Positions 1-9,112 of a stretch of DNA of 64,000 nucleotides are shown here, piece after piece; the stretch's first letter is position 1; each line of letters starts with the position of its first letter. The position numbers and the translations under genes are program-made. Source of the stretch: an uncultured Gemmatimonadaceae bacterium (GTDB taxonomy: Bacteria; Gemmatimonadota; Gemmatimonadetes; Gemmatimonadales; Gemmatimonadaceae); assembly GCA_963790305.1 (NCBI GenBank), contig CAWBOC010000008.1, positions 64,001 through 128,000 of the forward strand, written 5' to 3'. A model generated the notes under the pieces. That model made no database searches, was not told the origin of the DNA, and saw nothing but the letters and a program-made list of their open reading frames with translations.

Positions 1-175
1 AATCGGCGGCCGACGCGCTGGTCCTGGGCGAGCTCGTGCGCGTGCGCCGCTGCGCTGACGGGAGATGTCCCCGCGTGTTCTTTGATGGGACGAAGAACGG
101 CAGGAGGCGGTGGTGCGACATGGCGACGTGCGGGAATAGAGCAAAGGCGGCGCGACACCGCCAAAAGGTGATGAC
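1..175 (+). CDS. CGNR zinc-finger (ABATE-type) protein, C-terminal part, cut by the window edge
   Basis: Translation RRCADGRCPRVFFDGTKNGRRRWCDMATCGNRAKAARHR matches the CGNR zinc finger. The frame runs on antisense into the next gene, so the true stop (~170-190) is uncertain. Confidence 0.75.
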
Positions 176-192
176 GTCACGTTCTGAAGAAC

Positions 193-304
193 GGCAAATG
201 CGCAGATGCGGAATGCAGGATCAGAACTCAGAAACCCCGGGCAGCAGTGGGCGCTTGCCGGGGTTTTCGACTTCTATCCGTATTCCGACGTCTCCGCATT
301 CGCC
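193..304. terminator. Imperfect palindrome between convergent genes; probable bidirectional terminator
   Basis: Core GAAACCCCGG...CCGGGGTTTT with GGAATGC-like outer arms. Confidence 0.55.
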
Positions 305-305
305 T

Positions 306-959
306 TTATCGCGCCTTCACGTATCCCATTTCAACGGCGTAGTCTACGAGTCTCTTCTGAAGAATCCGGCGGCCTCGAAAGAGCCGGGACTTCACCGTCC
401 CCTCCGGGATGCCGAGAATCTCCGCGATTTCCGCGTAGCGCAGTCCCTGGATATCGCTCAGCACGACGGCCGTTCGGTAGTCCTCGGGCAGCTTGTCGAT
501 CTCGCCCGTCACTTCCTCGTCGATGAACGAGTCGTAGAACTTCCCCTCGGGGTCGGACTCGCCAACGGCCTCGTAGGCCGACCAGCCCTCCGGCTCCTCT
601 GGCAGCTGGACCTCGCGCGCGTCGATGCGCCGCTTCCGGCTCACGAACGTGTGGTAGAGAATCGTGAACAGCCACGCACGGACGTTGGTCCCGAGCTGAT
701 ACTGCTCCCAGCGGTCGAACGCGCGGAGCACCGTATCCGAGACGAGATCCTCGGCGTCATCACGAGCGCGCGTCAGCTTGAGCGCGAAGCTGTAGAGCGC
801 GTCGAGATGGACGAGCGCCTCTCGCTCGAACTGAGCGCGACGATCGGCGCGACTGAGCGAGGCCGTCATGTCGGCGACAGGGGAAGCGCCCCCTTCAATA
901 GACGACACGGGGCTCAGGGGCTCGAGTGCACGTGTCTTCGTCCGTTCCAACGTCATCAT
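306..959 (-). CDS. ECF sigma-70 factor
   Basis: Region 2 DAEDLVSDT...WLFTI and region 4 YAEIAEILGIPEGTVKSRLFRGR; start approximate. Confidence 0.92.
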   Translation of the reverse strand: MMTLERTKTRALEPLSPVSSIEGGASPVADMTASLSRADRRAQFEREALVHLDALYSFALKLTRARDDAEDLVSDTVLRAFDRWEQYQLGTNVRAWLFTILYHTFVSRKRRIDAREVQLPEEPEGWSAYEAVGESDPEGKFYDSFIDEEVTGEIDKLPEDYRTAVVLSDIQGLRYAEIAEILGIPEGTVKSRLFRGRRILQKRLVDYAVEMGYVKAR

Positions 960-1005
960 CTTCGTGTCTCCCGGATACCTCGCCCTCGCGAGGCGGACTC
1001 CTGCT

Positions 1006-1614
1006 TCAGGGAACAACGGACACCGCTGGTGTCTCTCGCCGCTGCGCGGCGATGAATCCTTTGAGGTCCCCAGCGATCGTTTCCATGTGCGTCACGTCAC
1101 GCGTGACGCGGGACATCATCAACGCACCCTCCAGCGTCGCGATAATGAAGCGCGCCATCCGCGCCGTATCGACGTCATCGCGCAGCTGCGGACGCGCTTC
1201 CCACAACACTGATTGGAGCTGCCCGGACCACCGCTCGAACACCGTCGCCAGCCGCTGGCGGAACCCCTCGTGCGCGTCTGCCATCTCGGTGACGAGATTG
1301 CCGAACGGGCACCCTCCACGACAATCCTGCTCCGCCTGGTCCGCCACTTCGGCGTCGATGAACCGGTCGAGTCGATCGAGCGGGTCGACCATGGGATCAC
1401 GCAGAATCGCCAAGCCCTCTTCCGCGAACTGCTCGAAGCGATGCTGGACGACCGCGTATCCCAGCTCCTCCTTCGACTTGAAGTAGTGATAGAAGTGAGC
1501 CTTTCCGCAGAGACCCGCCTCGCGTATCACATCGTCAACGGAGGTTTGCTGAAATCCGTTACGACAGATGAGGCCGGTGGCCGCTTCCAGGATTCGTGTG
1601 CGTCGATCGCTCAT
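1006..1614 (-). CDS. TetR/AcrR family regulator, NemR-like and Cys-rich
   Basis: N-terminal HTH ILEAA...GF..TSVDDV...FYHYFKSKEEL; GGCPFGNL motif. Confidence 0.9.
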   Translation of the reverse strand: MSDRRTRILEAATGLICRNGFQQTSVDDVIREAGLCGKAHFYHYFKSKEELGYAVVQHRFEQFAEEGLAILRDPMVDPLDRLDRFIDAEVADQAEQDCRGGCPFGNLVTEMADAHEGFRQRLATVFERWSGQLQSVLWEARPQLRDDVDTARMARFIIATLEGALMMSRVTRDVTHMETIAGDLKGFIAAQRRETPAVSVVP

Positions 1615-1622
1615 GATCAGCA

Positions 1623-1651
1623 ACTATAGGACTGATCGGTCTTAACGTCAA
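1623..1651 (-). promoter_or_regulatory. Sigma70 promoter of the TetR gene with an overlapping palindromic operator
   Basis: Minus strand reads TTGACG-17 nt-TATAGT. The near-palindrome TAAGACCGATCAGTCCTA (1627-1644) fills the spacer. Confidence 0.75.
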
Positions 1652-1865
1652 GCCTTGTACGAATGTTTATGTAAGTGTCGTGCAAGGAATGAGTTACAGA
1701 ACTGCTTCATTCTCCCTGCTCTGGCGTAACTCCCGATGTTACTACGCGTTATTGGACTGGCCGGTTTCGCCCCTCGGCGAACCGGCAACGCGTACCGGCT
1801 TCTGACATTGGCGTCCGATGTTTTCGCGGTTCATCGAGATGTGAGTAGAATCCCTCCGCACCAAC

Positions 1866-2420
1866 ATGCCCACGATCCCTGTCACGCGAACGTACCTCGA
1901 GATGAGCCGCCCCGACGCGCTCCGCTCGTATTACGCGGACGATGCCAACGTCCGCTTCGAGCACGTGCACGCCTGTCCCATCTCCTTCTTCCGCTACCTC
2001 TACCGCGAGGTGGGCCGCGCGCACCACTGGGTCGACCGGCTCGCGTGGAGCGACGAGCAGGTGACCGACCGGTTGGCCGACCCGAACGTCACGCTGTGGG
2101 TGATGTACGTCGATGGGGCGCCGGCGGGATACGCCGAGCTCGAGCGACACACAGATGGATCGATCGAGATCGCGTACTTCGGATTGCTTCCTGAATTCAC
2201 CCGGCGCGGGCTGGGCAAGCTCATGCTCACCGCGGCGGTCGAGCGCGCGTGGGAGCAAGGCACATCGCGGGTCTGGCTGCACACCTGCACCCTCGACGAT
2301 CCCGCGGCACTGCCTAACTACATCAAGCGGGGCTTCGCGCCGTTCAAGGAGGAAGTCTACAGCGTGGAGATCGACGAGACCGAGCTGGCGACGCTGCGAT
2401 CAGCGACGCCGGCGGCGTGA
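1866..2420 (+). CDS. GNAT family N-acetyltransferase
   Basis: EIAYFGLLPEFTRRGLGK acetyl-CoA motif; WLHTCTLD. Confidence 0.9.
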   Translation: MPTIPVTRTYLEMSRPDALRSYYADDANVRFEHVHACPISFFRYLYREVGRAHHWVDRLAWSDEQVTDRLADPNVTLWVMYVDGAPAGYAELERHTDGSIEIAYFGLLPEFTRRGLGKLMLTAAVERAWEQGTSRVWLHTCTLDDPAALPNYIKRGFAPFKEEVYSVEIDETELATLRSATPAA

Positions 2421-5051
2421 GCGCCCGCCACCGCGCTCCTGTCGCGGCCGGCCGCGATCGGACGGGGAGCGTCCGCGTCGAGCGTGCCGCTCGCCCCCGC
2501 GATGGCCGCGCTGGCGCTCTGGCTCGTCCTCATCCGGTGACCACGGCCGATCGAGCAGATCCTGAAGCTCGTCCAGGGTCGAGGCGCGCACCGCACCTCG
2601 CTGGCCTCGCGTCACAATGAATCGGGCCGGACGGTCGAGCTGGGGCAGCTCCGCATCGACGAGCGTCCGCGCCATCTTCTCCGGCAATCGCAGTCGCGCG
2701 ATACCACCGACCCCATCCTCCACGCCGTACTCGATAGGCACTTCGCGATCGCGGATCGTCACCGTATCGGGGAGCGCCATCCAGCGCGCACGCTCCGCTG
2801 GCGGCACCAGGGCATCGATGTCGACCGTCAGGGGAGCGGCCCGGAACTCCTCGTACGACCTGATGCGGCGCAGCTGCTCGGCGAACAACGCGCCGAGCTC
2901 CTTGGTGCCGAGCTTTGCCGTGCGTCCGCCGCTGCGGCGCCAGACCTCGCGCACCTCTTCGACACGCGGCCGCAGCTCCTTCAACGAGCGGTGGCGCGCC
3001 TCGAACCGCGCCGCGGCGTCGGCCAGCTTCGCCCTCGCGATGTCGGCCACGTCGTCTGGAAACACGTCATCGATCGGCTCGATGTCGCGCTCGAGAACGA
3101 ACCCGTAGTACTCGACGGCACGGCGGACGACGAGTGGAGCTCGCTTCCGCTCGGGGTCGAATGCGATCTCCGCCTCACCTCGCGTGGAATACTTTCGGAT
3201 GAGACCGAGTGGGATCTGCGTCCCTTCGATGGCCGCGCGCGGCGTGCCCGAGCGATCGGCGAAGTAGCGCAGCTCCCCCGCGATCGCGCCCCAGCTTCCG
3301 GCGACGCTCGTCTTGGAGACGCGCGCTTCCTGGCCATCGGCGGTCATCTCATCGATCACGAGATCGAAGGGCATGATCCGCGCGAGCAGCTCCTGGAACG
3401 AGCGCATCGTCGCGTCGGTGGCGAGCGGCATCTCGTGTGGCAGCGGCATCTCGAGATTGCGATAGACGCTCGCCATGCCAAGCGCGGCGTCCTCGATCGC
3501 CTTCACCAGCACGCCGCGACGCTCGGCCCACTCGTCGATGCCATCGTCGAACAGATGGCGCGGCAGGCCGTAGACGGCGCCGACTCGCCCGTATTTCCGG
3601 TATGCCTCGGCGTACACGTTGTAGGCCGTGAGGTGATCGCTGCCCGCGATCACCAGACCCTCGAGATAGCGATCCTCGCGCGTCATTCGGTGCAGCGATT
3701 CCACCGAGCTCATCACCGCGAGGTACGGGACCAGCGCATCGTCGGCATGCGCGATCAGCTCGCCCCACGGGCGATCGACCGGAAGCGCCTCGACGGTCTT
3801 GCCGTACTGCGACAGGCGGCCGCGCTCATCGATGATGCCGCGCGAGACCAGGCGCGCGAGCGCCTCACGATACGCCACCCGATCGAGGGGCACGGGCAGG
3901 TCGAGCTCATCGGCGCGGACGCCGAGGTCGGCGCAGGTGATCGCGACGCGCTCCGAATCTCCCGCCAGCTGGAACTCGGGCTCGGTCGGGCGCAGCTGGG
4001 CGAAGACGATGTCGCGATCGGACAGGATGAATACGCGCCCGCCCTCGACGCGGCCGTGAACGCGGCCGGCCATCTGAAGGATTTCGTTGGCGCCGAGGTG
4101 CGTGCGGGTGAGCACGTTCTTCCCGCCCTCGATGATGTTGGTGAACCGCGTGTCGTCGATGATGACGGTGTCCAGGCCCCGCACGTTGAGCGCGCTCTGT
4201 CCCGCGGCGGTCATCGAGAGGAGATATGGTTTGCGAACCTCTCCCTCGAGAAAGGGCCGAATCACGCGAATCGGCTCGCCGCCGTGGTAAAACGCCGTCT
4301 CGATGCGCGGCGAGCGCGCGGCGACATCCTCGGCGACTTCCTCGACGCCGGCGCGCGTCGGAAGGAAGACGCCCACGCCGCGCTTCTCCTTCTGGAGGCG
4401 CTGAAGAAAGCGATCGTCGAGAAACTGGACGGGCTGCTTGTTCACCACCGCGACCTTGGCCGCCCGCGCCGGATCGAACGCGTAGGACTCGATGACGGAC
4501 GAGGAGTTCAGGTAGCGGGCGTAGAACGTCGGATCGACGGTGGCCGAGAGCCAGATGAACCGGTTCCCGACCCGCTTGCCTAACGCCAGGCAGAGCTCCA
4601 GCTCCGCCGATGTCTGGTGGATCTCATCGACGATGAGCGTGTCGTGCGGAAGGATGTCGCCGTCCTGGAACCACCGGCGCGCGATCCCCGTCGTTACGAT
4701 CACGACGTTCCAGGAGGGCGTATCCGGCGTGGCTTCGCGCTCACGGTTGACGACGCCGACCTTCAGCTCGCTGGTACGGAGGATCGCCTCGGCGATGGGA
4801 CGAATCGCGAGCGTCTTCCCGGTGCCGGTGCCGGCCACGATCCCGAATCCCTGCCCGCTGCGTGCGAGCTCGCGAACTTCCTCGCCATGCTCGCGCTCGA
4901 GGACGGTCTCGAGGTGAAGTCCGAGGGCGAGCTCGATCGTCTCGCACGCCGCACGCGTGGGGGCGATGACGATGACGCGGCCAGTCGGTGGCTCGGCCGC
5001 GACGAACGCGGCTCGGTCTGGCGGGAGATAATGATCCCGGACCTGTCTCAT
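2400..5051 (-). CDS. DEAH/RHA-like (HrpA/HrpB-related) helicase
   Basis: AGTGTGKT, DEIH, SAT and QMAGR motifs; start placed at MRQVRDH. Confidence 0.8.
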   Translation of the reverse strand: MRQVRDHYLPPDRAAFVAAEPPTGRVIVIAPTRAACETIELALGLHLETVLEREHGEEVRELARSGQGFGIVAGTGTGKTLAIRPIAEAILRTSELKVGVVNREREATPDTPSWNVVIVTTGIARRWFQDGDILPHDTLIVDEIHQTSAELELCLALGKRVGNRFIWLSATVDPTFYARYLNSSSVIESYAFDPARAAKVAVVNKQPVQFLDDRFLQRLQKEKRGVGVFLPTRAGVEEVAEDVAARSPRIETAFYHGGEPIRVIRPFLEGEVRKPYLLSMTAAGQSALNVRGLDTVIIDDTRFTNIIEGGKNVLTRTHLGANEILQMAGRVHGRVEGGRVFILSDRDIVFAQLRPTEPEFQLAGDSERVAITCADLGVRADELDLPVPLDRVAYREALARLVSRGIIDERGRLSQYGKTVEALPVDRPWGELIAHADDALVPYLAVMSSVESLHRMTREDRYLEGLVIAGSDHLTAYNVYAEAYRKYGRVGAVYGLPRHLFDDGIDEWAERRGVLVKAIEDAALGMASVYRNLEMPLPHEMPLATDATMRSFQELLARIMPFDLVIDEMTADGQEARVSKTSVAGSWGAIAGELRYFADRSGTPRAAIEGTQIPLGLIRKYSTRGEAEIAFDPERKRAPLVVRRAVEYYGFVLERDIEPIDDVFPDDVADIARAKLADAAARFEARHRSLKELRPRVEEVREVWRRSGGRTAKLGTKELGALFAEQLRRIRSYEEFRAAPLTVDIDALVPPAERARWMALPDTVTIRDREVPIEYGVEDGVGGIARLRLPEKMARTLVDAELPQLDRPARFIVTRGQRGAVRASTLDELQDLLDRPWSPDEDEPERQRGHRGGERHARRGRSPSDRGRPRQERGGGRSRRRRR

Positions 5052-5143
5052 GCCGCCCCCGGTGTGCAAGGAAGGTTCCGGGATTTCACTCGGAGCAAGC
5101 CGACAGATCTCGCGATTGCAGAATCCAACGCTTGCATTCGAGC

Positions 5144-5342
5144 ATCCAGGTTCAAAGGGGGGACGCGGATGCGGCGGATGCAGCGGATCAGGCGGATCGT
5201 TCCTGGCGCAGTGAACTCTCCTCGCGCAGGAGCAAAAAGCAACCGCTTTTTGCTCCTGTGAAGGAGAGATCGCGGTGCCAGGAGCGATCCGCCTGCATCC
5301 GCTGCATTCCGCCGAATCCGCGTCCCCCCTTTGAACCTGGAT
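5144..5342. repeat. ~200-bp imperfect palindrome with GCGGATGCA-type tandem arms
   Basis: ATCCAGGTTCAAAGGGGGGACGCGGAT...ATCCGCGTCCCCCCTTTGAACCTGGAT, with inner core GGAGCAAAAAGC-AACC-GCTTTTTGCTCC. Confidence 0.9.
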
Positions 5343-5436
5343 GCCAGTAGCGCCTGCCAGCCCGGTAAAAAAAAATTCAGGGAGCCAACTCATGGCTCCC
5401 CGAGGTCGTTCTGAATTCGTTGCCGTCCACCCGAAT

Positions 5437-6090
5437 CTATTTCTCGTAGACGCGCATCAGCTTCCCATCGCGATACAGCCGGATCATATCCGCAATGCCA
5501 TCGCGATCCGCATCGACCCACTCCTGCACCAGCTCTCCCCCGCGGTCGTACCAGCTTGCGCGCTCTGGGCGTCCATTGCGATCGCGATCCTCGTAGCGCA
5601 CCGTCGCGGCCACGTTGCCGAGCCAGCGGCGCACGTCATCAGTGCGACTGCCGCGCGCGAGCGCGACGGCAGCAGCCATCTGCGGCCACGTGCCCGTTCT
5701 GCGAACGATCTCGTCGCAATCCTCGCCCGACTGGATGGTCGCACAACGGTCCTCGTCACGACGTCCGCGACGATCGTCGTCGGCGAATCCCTTCGCGACC
5801 TTCGGCTTCTTGCCACCACGATCATCGCCGCCCTTTTCGCGGTCGTCGTCATCAGACCGCCGGTCGCCGAAGATGACGCGCGCGCCGGCAGGCCGCTCGC
5901 GCACCGCGGTCGCGCAATCGGTCGGCTCGGGCTGCTGTCCCGGCGGCACTCCATCGATCCAGATCCGGCACATGCCCGGTGGTGGACGATGGCCGGGGGG
6001 CACCTGGTCGGGCCCACGATCGCGCGACTGCGCAGACGCGGGGACCGCGATGCCAATGGAAAGGAGCAGAATTGGGATGAATCGGGACAT
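5437..6090 (-). CDS. Secreted hypothetical protein
   Basis: Signal peptide MSRFIPILLLSIGIAVPASA; VPPGHRPPPGMCRIW motif; DxDxDG-like repeats. Confidence 0.7.
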   Translation of the reverse strand: MSRFIPILLLSIGIAVPASAQSRDRGPDQVPPGHRPPPGMCRIWIDGVPPGQQPEPTDCATAVRERPAGARVIFGDRRSDDDDREKGGDDRGGKKPKVAKGFADDDRRGRRDEDRCATIQSGEDCDEIVRRTGTWPQMAAAVALARGSRTDDVRRWLGNVAATVRYEDRDRNGRPERASWYDRGGELVQEWVDADRDGIADMIRLYRDGKLMRVYEK

Positions 6091-6343
6091 TTCTATAGAC
6101 CTCACTCGTACGTAGTTCGCGACCTCCGACAGTCACCCTCGGTAAGGCACGAGGGGTGCCAACTTCGCCTCCTGGAAGGCGGTTTGCAACATATTGGGGT
6201 GCTTGGACATGCGTTCCCAGCCACGCGGGCTCTGGGCGGGCTGTCCCACGTGCAGGACGGCTCGCGGGGGACACCTGCGGATCTGGTCGTCGCCGAGGTC
6301 CTTCCTCGTTGCCCCCTCCTCCCGAGACGCGTCCTCTAATGAA

Positions 6344-7378
6344 ATGATCTCCAAGCCCGGCGCCCCGCCCGCGTTCGCCCCGCCCGATGCTTCGGTGAGC
6401 CAACGCTACACGGCGCACCTCGCAGCCATTCGCCGACTCGCGTCGCAGCTCGCGCACTCCGGCGCGCCCGATGAGCTCGCGCGCGTTCTCGTCGAGGAGC
6501 TTCACCGCACGCTCGGTGCCTCGTGGGTTGCTCTCTATCGCGCTGATCCCGCCGGCTCTTTCTCGCGTCGCGCACTCGCCGGCGATCCAGGCGCTCGTCT
6601 TCCCGCCACCATCTCCGGCGGGGACGCCGTCGCGCTTCGCCGACCCACTACGCCGCTCGATGAGCGCGTCCTCTCGAGCGACGCGTTGACGGTGTTTGGC
6701 GGCGCCGCGACCGCCATGGCACTCGAGGACGCGGAGACCCGCCTCGGATGGCTCGTGAGCGGGAGCCGGCTCGATGGCGTTCCCTTCGACCGTCTGGACG
6801 CCGACCTGATCGCCGTCATGTGCGACATCGCCGCACCCCGCCTCGCGGCGGCGGAGTTCGATGCGCAGTTCGCGCGCAGCGCCCTCACCGATCAGCTGAC
6901 GGGCCTCGGCAATCGCCGGGCTTTCAATGAGCGCCTCGAGGAAGAGATCGCACGCACCAACCGCAGCAACAGCGCGATCTCCCTGCTGCTCGTGGACATC
7001 GACAAATTCGCCGCGTTCAACTCTACCCATGGGCGCGACGCGGGCGATCGCGCGCTGGGCGCGGTAGCGGTCGCGGTACGGTCGGCGATTCGACTGTCGG
7101 ATTCCGCGTTTCGATACGGCGGCGGACAGCTCGCATTGCTGCTGCCAGGCGCCGCGGCACTCGGGGCGTTCGTCGCGGCGGAACGCATTCGCAGCGCCGT
7201 CGCCGGACTCGACGCGGGGGAAGTGCCCGCACCCATTAGCGTGAGCATCGGCATCGGCTCGCTGCGCGAAGGGTCGCACGCCCCAATCTCCCTTGCCTCG
7301 CTCGCGCTCGTCCGCAAGGCGGACGAAGCGCTGTATCAGGCGAAGCAGAGCGGACGGAACAGAACCGTCATCGGGTAA
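6344..7378 (+). CDS. GAF + GGDEF-domain protein with degenerate active site (GGGQL)
   Basis: DQLTGLGNRRAF, DIDKF, RLSD I-site, FRYGGGQL, ADEALYQAKQSGRN. Confidence 0.85.
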   Translation: MISKPGAPPAFAPPDASVSQRYTAHLAAIRRLASQLAHSGAPDELARVLVEELHRTLGASWVALYRADPAGSFSRRALAGDPGARLPATISGGDAVALRRPTTPLDERVLSSDALTVFGGAATAMALEDAETRLGWLVSGSRLDGVPFDRLDADLIAVMCDIAAPRLAAAEFDAQFARSALTDQLTGLGNRRAFNERLEEEIARTNRSNSAISLLLVDIDKFAAFNSTHGRDAGDRALGAVAVAVRSAIRLSDSAFRYGGGQLALLLPGAAALGAFVAAERIRSAVAGLDAGEVPAPISVSIGIGSLREGSHAPISLASLALVRKADEALYQAKQSGRNRTVIG

Positions 7379-7403
7379 GTCGGGCGCGGTCCGCCGCGCG
7401 ACG

Positions 7404-8483
7404 TCAGTCCCCGAACGAAATGCCGACGGCGCGCGCCGTCAGCATGAGATCGTGCGAGAGATCGACGCGCTTGGTTTCCTTGAGCGCTTCGGTGATCGGG
7501 ATCGTCACGATGTGCGGCGACTGCAGCGCCACCATCTTTCCCCATTCCTCATCGGCGATGGCGCGCACTGCGGCGCCGCCAAAGCGGGTCGCGAGCAGCC
7601 GGTCGTAGCCCGTTGGTGATCCGCCGCGCTGCAGGTGACCCAGGATCAGCGACCGCGTTTCCTTGCCGGTGAGGTCCTGAATCTCCGTGGCGATCTTCTC
7701 GGCCAGCCCGCCCAGACGCTTTGCCTGACCTGGCAGCGACGCGCCCAGCTGCGACTCGGCGCCGCCTAACGGCATCGCGCCTTCCGCCACCACGACGATC
7801 GAGAAGTGACGACCCGCCTTGTCGCGCGCCTGAATCTTCTCGGCGACGCGGCGAATGTCGTACGGAATCTCCGGGATGAGAATGACGTCAGCCGTCCCAG
7901 CCGCGCCCGCGTGCAACGCGATGAACCCGGCGTGCCGCCCCATCACCTCCATCACGATCACGCGATCATGACTCTCCGCCGTCGTGTGGAGCTTGTCGAT
8001 GGCTTCCATCGCGGTGTTGACGGCGGTGTCGAAGCCGAACGTCGTGATAGTTCCGCTCACATCGTTGTCGATCGTCTTCGGCACGCAGACGATCCGCATA
8101 CCTTTCTCGACCAGCTTTTGCGCGATGGCGAGGGAGCCGTCGCCACCGATCGAGATCATCGCGTCGATACCGAGCTGCCGGGCACGCTCGATGAGCTCGC
8201 CCGAGCGGTCGATCTCCTGGTACGTCCCATCCGGCTGCAGGATGGGATAATGAAAGGGATTCCCGCGATTCGTCGTTCGCAGGATGGTTCCGCCGAGGTG
8301 CGCGATTCCGCGAACCGACTCGCGGGTGAGCGGGACCACTTCGTCCTCGCCGAGTAGTCCGGCGTACCCGCGCTTGATGCCGAGGACGTCCCAGCCGCGG
8401 TTGATGGCGGAGAGGACGGCAGCTCGAATGACGGCGTTGAGTCCGGGCGCGTCCCCGCCCCCGGTGGAGATGGCAATGCGCAT
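7404..8483 (-). CDS. pfkA: 6-phosphofructokinase, group III, probably ATP-dependent
   Basis: TGGGDAPGLN, GGDGS, PKTIDND, MGRHAG, LGHLQRGG. Confidence 0.95.
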   Translation of the reverse strand: MRIAISTGGGDAPGLNAVIRAAVLSAINRGWDVLGIKRGYAGLLGEDEVVPLTRESVRGIAHLGGTILRTTNRGNPFHYPILQPDGTYQEIDRSGELIERARQLGIDAMISIGGDGSLAIAQKLVEKGMRIVCVPKTIDNDVSGTITTFGFDTAVNTAMEAIDKLHTTAESHDRVIVMEVMGRHAGFIALHAGAAGTADVILIPEIPYDIRRVAEKIQARDKAGRHFSIVVVAEGAMPLGGAESQLGASLPGQAKRLGGLAEKIATEIQDLTGKETRSLILGHLQRGGSPTGYDRLLATRFGGAAVRAIADEEWGKMVALQSPHIVTIPITEALKETKRVDLSHDLMLTARAVGISFGD

Positions 8484-8494
8484 TTCGATGAAGG

Positions 8495-8725
8495 CTACAC
8501 CGATTGCGATGTGAGCAGGTGGATGACCTCGCCCGGCTGAGCGTGGCGTCCGAGCTTCGATTTCTGGAAGACCGGCTTGCCGTCGCGCGCGACCTCGAAT
8601 CGCCCGCCGCTCGACGGAATCATCTCGATCTCGGCGGTCGGGAACCGCTCACGAATCGCGGCCGCCAAACTGACGGCCCGGGGCTCGTAGTTTCATATCG
8701 TGCAGTATTCGATCGTTATCCGCAT
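8495..8725 (-). CDS. SelW/SelT/SelH (Rdx family) selenoprotein, 76 aa, in-frame UGA read as Sec
   Basis: Reading through TGA at 8693-8695 gives MRITIEYCTI(U)NYEPRAVSLAAAIRERFPTAEIEMIPSSGGRFEVARDGKPVFQKSKLGRHAQPGEVIHLLTSQSV, with CxxU and the GxFEV Rdx motif. Confidence 0.88.
8660..8678 (-). promoter_or_regulatory. Putative bacterial SECIS hairpin
   Basis: GGCCGUCA-GUU-UGGCGGCC stem-loop starting 14 nt after the UGA, with G first in the loop. Confidence 0.7.
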
Positions 8726-8757
8726 CGTCGCTCGGGTGAAAGGGTCGTGTGAGCCAA

Positions 8758-8858
8758 GGTAGTCGAGGTGGTCGAGGTCGTCGAGGTGATCGAGGAGGGC
8801 AACGACACTCCCTCGATCACCTCGACCACCTCGACCACCTCGACCACCTCGACTACCT
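8758..8858. repeat. Palindrome of tandem 9-mers (GTCGAGGTG)n/(CACCTCGAC)n
   Basis: Read directly; same family at 39836-39942 and degenerate at 50320-50378. Confidence 0.9.
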
Positions 8859-9095
8859 CTGAGCCAATCCCGCCATTGCAGCAAGCCTCCGAACCATCGT
8901 GTCCTGACGAGCCATCTGCTCGCGCAGTGAATCCACCTGTGCCTGAAGCATGGCCGTCTCCTCGCGGACCGCCACGAGCGCATCGCTCATGTCGATCACC
9001 GTTTCCGCTAACGTCGTGTCACCAGTCGTCAGCGGCCCACTGCACGCGGCGACCGCGGCGAGCCCGGCCACAACGATGCCTCGCAACATGCGCAT
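8853..9095 (-). CDS. Small lipoprotein with coiled coil
   Basis: Lipobox VAAC after a hydrophobic N-terminus. Confidence 0.65.
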   Translation of the reverse strand: MRMLRGIVVAGLAAVAACSGPLTTGDTTLAETVIDMSDALVAVREETAMLQAQVDSLREQMARQDTMVRRLAAMAGLAQR

Positions 9096-9112
9096 GCAAG
9101 CTCCTCCAAGAG

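Noticed and set aside
2991..4583. Long antisense or alternate-frame ORFs (also 8768-10333, 58233-59603 and others)
   Set aside because: They are shadows of real genes in high-GC DNA and carry no recognisable motifs
6133..6210. Small ORF MSKHPNMLQTAFQEAKLAPLVPYRG
   Set aside because: There is no recognisable motif or other support from sequence alone
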